DNA of 59,559 nucleotides from an uncultured virus (IMG/VR IMGVR_UViG_2593339138_000002) (lineage: Duplodnaviria; Heunggongvirae; Uroviricota; Caudoviricetes). How positions within the stretch are numbered: the first letter of the stretch is position 1; each line of letters begins with the position of its first letter. Shown here in pieces: positions 55,627-59,559 of this stretch. The notes beneath the pieces were generated by a model. The model saw only the letters and a list, made by a program, of their open reading frames with translations, searched no databases and was not told the origin of the DNA. The position numbers were made by a program, and so were the translations under genes. Location: IMG/VR virus record IMGVR_UViG_2593339138_000002, one strand, 5' to 3'.

Positions 55627-56160
55627 ATGCAGGCTTTTCAGTTCAGATTGGGGAAGCAGCTCCTGACTATAGGAATACCTACCGTCAGAGAGTGCGACGG
55701 GCTTTTCAGCCCGATAAACAGCTATGAGAAAATCGACGCCGCCGAGAAATACCTCTCGCGGAATATCGAGGGGATAACAGTGCGAGACAAGCTCTCGGCA
55801 CTGGATATAATTGCACTCGAAGTCAGGCTCGGCGCCTGGCTTGCTCAGATCAAGGAAACGCCTGCATACAAAGCCCCGCCTGTGCAGTCAACTGCACAGA
55901 CTGTACTCCCGTATGACTGCACCACGACACACATCAAGGCAGTAGCAGAGTATGCCCGTATGAGCTTCCCGGAGGTCTGGGAACTGCCTATCACAGACTT
56001 CTGGAAGCTTTTCCGTGATGCGATCATATGGAACTACAGCCGCACCGCGGAAGGCATCGACCAGCTGGAGCACGCCAAGGCTATATCAGCGACCGAGCCC
56101 GACCGTGAGAAGCTCGGCAGCAGTCCCGCCATAGCAAGGAGGCGAAAGAATGGCGAGTAA
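55627..56160 (+). CDS. Tail assembly chaperone, G and T parts in one frame
   Basis: C-half similar to prophage 1 T part (DA..WN.SR...G.D.LE...TEPDR). Confidence 0.7.
   Translation: MQAFQFRLGKQLLTIGIPTVRECDGLFSPINSYEKIDAAEKYLSRNIEGITVRDKLSALDIIALEVRLGAWLAQIKETPAYKAPPVQSTAQTVLPYDCTTTHIKAVAEYARMSFPEVWELPITDFWKLFRDAIIWNYSRTAEGIDQLEHAKAISATEPDREKLGSSPAIARRRKNGE
55881..55898. repeat. 18-bp palindrome copy 9 (in CDS)
   Basis: tgtgcagtcaactgcaca, read as VQSTAQ. Confidence 0.85.
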
Positions 56161-59100
56161 AAAAATCAAAGGCATCACCATACAGTATGAGGGTGATACC
56201 GTCAAGCTGGAAGAGGCGCTTAAATCCGTCGAGAGTAAAGGCCGCAAGGCGAAAGCCGAGATGTCCGAAGTCAATCGCGCCCTCAAGGAGGCACCTGACT
56301 CTGCCGTACTCTGGCAGCAGAAACAGGAGCTGCTCAACAAGACACTCGAAAGCTCTAAGGATAAGCTCAAGCTCCTCGAAGACGCACAGGAAGAAATTCA
56401 AAGGCAGTTTGACAACAAGTCCATCGGCGAAGATCAGTATCGTGCATTTGAGCGCGAACTTGAAAGAGCCAGAGCTGAGACAGAGAAGCTCGGCGCCGAG
56501 GCTGAGGACGCAGGAAAGCACGTCGAGGAGCTGAGCGGAGAAGCCGGAAAAGCTTCAGGCAGTCTCGATAAGATGGGGAATACCGCGGAGAGCTCTGCCG
56601 AGGGCTTCACGGTCCTCAAGGGAGCAGTTGCTAAGCTTGCTGCCGACGGCCTTGAAAAACTTGCTTCTGAGCTTAAAAACGCGACCGAACAAGCACTGGA
56701 ATTTGAAGGGTCAATCGCAAAAGTTAGTACTATAGCTGATGATACTGTACCCATCGAAAAGATGAAAGATGATATCATCGATCTATCGAATGAAACAGGC
56801 ATTGCGGCGAATGTCATAGCTGATGCGACATATGATGCTATTTCGGCAGGTCAGCAAACCGGGAACGCCGTTAAATTCGTCGGCGACGCTACAAAACTCG
56901 CAAGAGCAGGTTTCGCCGACACTGGTGATACACTTGATTTGTTGACGACAATCTTAAATGCTTATCACATGGAAGCGTCCGACACAGCCAAGGTCATGGA
57001 TGTGCTCATACAAACTCAAAACCTCGGCAAAACCTCTGTCGGGCAGCTCTCAAGCGCCATGGGTAAAGTCATACCGACTGCAAATGCGTACAGTGTCAAC
57101 CTTGAGCAGATTGCAGCTGGATACGCGATCATGACGGCGAACGGTGTTGCAACAAGTGAAACAACGACATACATCAATAGTATGCTTAACGAACTCGGAA
57201 AGAGCGGTACAAAAACCTCGAACGTTCTCAAAGAAGAGACTGGAAAATCGTTTAAGGAATTGATGGACGAAGGCAATACCCTTGCCGATGTGCTTACAAT
57301 AATCAAGGATAATGCTGACAAGAATAGTCTTTCGTTTGGCGACTTATGGGGCAGCGCGGAAGCGTCAAAAGCAGGTCTTGTCTTGCTTGGAGAGTCAGCG
57401 GATGCATACAATGAAACTCTCAAAAAGATGGAAAGTAGCGCCGGTGCTACTGATATAGCTTTCGAGAAACTTGAAACAAAAGAGTATAAGCTGGAAAAGG
57501 CACAAAACCAAATGCGGAACTCACTGATTGAAATCGGAAGTGTTGCACTTGAATCAATTGTTCCTATCGCTGAAAAAGCAATGCCGTATATTGAAAATAA
57601 GCTTTTATCTTTTAACAAGAATTTGCCTGCAATTGAGAAGACGGTAAGTGATATGCTCCCGCTTATCAAGGGAGTAGGCGCTGCCTATGCCTCATGGAAG
57701 ATAGCCAGCACTGCACTCAAGGGTGCAGAAGCTGTCAAAGGACTCGCCACGGCCATGAAGACAGCCGACGGAGCGCAGAAGCTCCTTAACAGCTCTATGC
57801 TTGCAAACCCCGCCGTGGCAGTCACAGCAGCAATTGTCGGTCTTACCGTCGCAATCGGCGCTCTTGTAGTCGCTCAGAAAGAGGAGACAGATATATCCGC
57901 CGAGGTTGCTGAGCAGTTCCGAGCGGAGCAGGAAGCCGCAGACGCTGCCCGCGAAGAGATCAAAAAGATGAAGGACGACTTTAACGATCGAGCCCGCGAT
58001 ATCGAGAACGAGTCCAAGCGTACCGAAGACCTCTGGAAAGAGCTCGACAGCCTCGCAGATGCCTCGGGCAGAGTCAAGGACGCTGACAAGAAACGAGCCG
58101 AGTATATCCTCGGTGAGCTCAACAGTGCTCTCGGTACCGAGTACACTATGACAGGCAACCAGATTGAGAACTACAAGACGCTTGCGTCAGAGATTGACAA
58201 GGTGATCGAGAAGGAAAAGGCACAGGCTCTTGTCGATCAGTACATGGCGATGAACTCGGCAATGATGCGTCAGAACGCAGAAGCTCAGGCGAACTACGAA
58301 AAGTACGATAGTCAGTACTCAGCTGCGCGATCTGAAATGAGCACCGCGGAGCAGCAGTATCGGGCTCTTGCAGGTGACGATATCTCCGCTGAGGACTATC
58401 TGAGGCAGTATAAGGCTTCCCGAGCATTTGGCAAGAGTAATGACGAGGCGTGGGGAAGTGACGAAGTCGCCGCTGCTGCACAGGCATATCTCAATGCTAA
58501 GCAGGCAACGATCGAAGCTGGAGACCTCCGGCAGAATGCGAAGCAGGCATTTGACAGCACTATCGACTATATGCACCGCCTTGATGACGCAGAAAAAGCC
58601 TTTGCAGAGGAGAGGTACGACGATGTAAAGGATATCCTTTACACCGAGAAAAACGCGAACAAAGAAATCCTCGAAGATACCAAGAGCAGCCTTGACGAAA
58701 GGAAAGAGGCATACAAGGCAAGTCTCGAAAAGATATACTCGGATATAGAGCTCTACTCCAAGAACTGGCGGCAGAAAGAAGCTGACGCCATCATGCAGGA
58801 GATGGGCGAAGTTGTTAACTCTGCAAGGCTTGCGGGCCTTGATGCAAACGAAGCCTTTGACGAGACTTTCCGCGAGAACGTGCAGAAAATGCTCGATGAC
58901 GGTTTCGACATAACTGAGCTTGCCAAGTGGGCGAAGGAAGCAGGACTCGACGTCGGAGACGTTTTTCAAGAAGACTACACGAAGATAGTTCAGGATCAGC
59001 TTGACAAAGGCTATAACATATCGGAACTCCTTCTCTGGGGTATTGCGAGCGGTGAAAACGTCGGCGGGCTGTTCACAGACGAGTTCACGAAAAAGTATCA

Positions 59101-59559
59101 GTCGCAGCTCGACAGCGGCTTTGACGTTCAGGGACTCCTTCAGTGGGCGACAGAAAAGGGATATGAGCTCGGCGACGTTTTCGGAAGCAATTTTTCGTCA
59201 AGGTATCAATCATACCTCAACGATATGCTTTATGCTAACAACGACCTCATCAATGAGCACAGTATCAACAGTCAGGCGGATTATGAATACTGGAAAAGTC
59301 AGGGCTATGACTTTCACGCCACAGGCGGCACCATAGGCATAGGACAGCAGGGTATTGTCGCAGAGGCAGGCCCCGAGCTCTTGCAGGTGATGAACGGCGG
59401 TATCAAGATAACCCCTCTGAGCCGCACGGCAACAAACACCCCCGTCGGAGCAGGCAGCGGCACCACTATCAACAACTACAACAACACCGTCTACGCGACG
59501 GTGAGAGGCAAATACGACGTATACGGCATGGCTGAGGACATGGCAACAGCCGAGCGCCG
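56150..59559 (+). CDS. Tape measure protein (3' truncated; missing from ORF track because no stop in window)
   Basis: MASKKIKGITIQYEGDT start; 3' end matches prophage 1 TMP end in the same frame. Confidence 0.9.
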   Translation, partial: MASKKIKGITIQYEGDTVKLEEALKSVESKGRKAKAEMSEVNRALKEAPDSAVLWQQKQELLNKTLESSKDKLKLLEDAQEEIQRQFDNKSIGEDQYRAFERELERARAETEKLGAEAEDAGKHVEELSGEAGKASGSLDKMGNTAESSAEGFTVLKGAVAKLAADGLEKLASELKNATEQALEFEGSIAKVSTIADDTVPIEKMKDDIIDLSNETGIAANVIADATYDAISAGQQTGNAVKFVGDATKLARAGFADTGDTLDLLTTILNAYHMEASDTAKVMDVLIQTQNLGKTSVGQLSSAMGKVIPTANAYSVNLEQIAAGYAIMTANGVATSETTTYINSMLNELGKSGTKTSNVLKEETGKSFKELMDEGNTLADVLTIIKDNADKNSLSFGDLWGSAEASKAGLVLLGESADAYNETLKKMESSAGATDIAFEKLETKEYKLEKAQNQMRNSLIEIGSVALESIVPIAEKAMPYIENKLLSFNKNLPAIEKTVSDMLPLIKGVGAAYASWKIASTALKGAEAVKGLATAMKTADGAQKLLNSSMLANPAVAVTAAIVGLTVAIGALVVAQKEETDISAEVAEQFRAEQEAADAAREEIKKMKDDFNDRARDIENESKRTEDLWKELDSLADASGRVKDADKKRAEYILGELNSALGTEYTMTGNQIENYKTLASEIDKVIEKEKAQALVDQYMAMNSAMMRQNAEAQANYEKYDSQYSAARSEMSTAEQQYRALAGDDISAEDYLRQYKASRAFGKSNDEAWGSDEVAAAAQAYLNAKQATIEAGDLRQNAKQAFDSTIDYMHRLDDAEKAFAEERYDDVKDILYTEKNANKEILEDTKSSLDERKEAYKASLEKIYSDIELYSKNWRQKEADAIMQEMGEVVNSARLAGLDANEAFDETFRENVQKMLDDGFDITELAKWAKEAGLDVGDVFQEDYTKIVQDQLDKGYNISELLLWGIASGENVGGLFTDEFTKKYQSQLDSGFDVQGLLQWATEKGYELGDVFGSNFSSRYQSYLNDMLYANNDLINEHSINSQADYEYWKSQGYDFHATGGTIGIGQQGIVAEAGPELLQVMNGGIKITPLSRTATNTPVGAGSGTTINNYNNTVYATVRGKYDVYGMAEDMATAER
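59465..59559 (+). repeat. 95-bp exact repeat of 26411-26505 (high similarity from ~59318)
   Basis: Direct comparison of the two TMP 3' ends. Confidence 0.9.

Larger units (their letters stand above)
31545..59559. mobile_element. Prophage 2 (serine-integrase siphovirus-like), truncated by window end
   Basis: Integrase, repressor/Cro, early genes, Rep, late activator, terminase, portal, ClpP, capsid, tail. Confidence 0.93.

Noticed and set aside
14896..55898. 18-bp palindromes as a CRISPR array or MITE
   Set aside because: Dispersed over kilobases, no regular spacers, no cas genes or target-site duplications
26411..59559. Reading 26.4-59.6 kb purely as one circular phage misjoined to prophage 1
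   Set aside because: An internal host cotJC fragment between lysin and integrase fits two insertions better than an attP; not fully excluded without long reads

Overview
The window holds two related temperate siphovirus-like prophages of a Firmicutes (Ruminococcus/Clostridia-like) host, arranged head to tail. Prophage 1 (about 1-31430; left end and integrase outside the window) runs from the CI/Cro switch through recombination and theta-type replication genes, a late activator, tRNA-Met, HNH/terminase, an HK97-type head, the tail and lysis genes. Prophage 2 (about 31545 to the window end) starts with a large serine recombinase and has its own switch, a PcfK/PcfJ/DUF3102 block, an HUH Rep, tRNA-Met, a ClpP-type head and a tail truncated in the tape measure gene. 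Main observations: (1) the only host DNA between the prophages is a ~110-120 bp internal fragment of a cotJC/Mn-catalase spore gene, implying one gene split into three pieces by two prophages; (2) two apparent toxin-immunity cargo cassettes in the prophage 1 head module, one fused to the portal C-terminus behind an ExR motif, each with a perfect TTGACA/TATAAT promoter hidden in its linker codons and a shared 3' boundary; (3) an 18-bp palindrome TGTGCAGT-CA/TG-ACTGCACA found nine times across both prophages; (4) a covarying structured RNA at the head of both late operons, plus a tRNA-like element with a reduced D-arm; (5) candidate -1 frameshifts at the prophage 2 capsid end and the prophage 1 tail chaperone. 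All family assignments come from motif recognition by eye; no searches were run.
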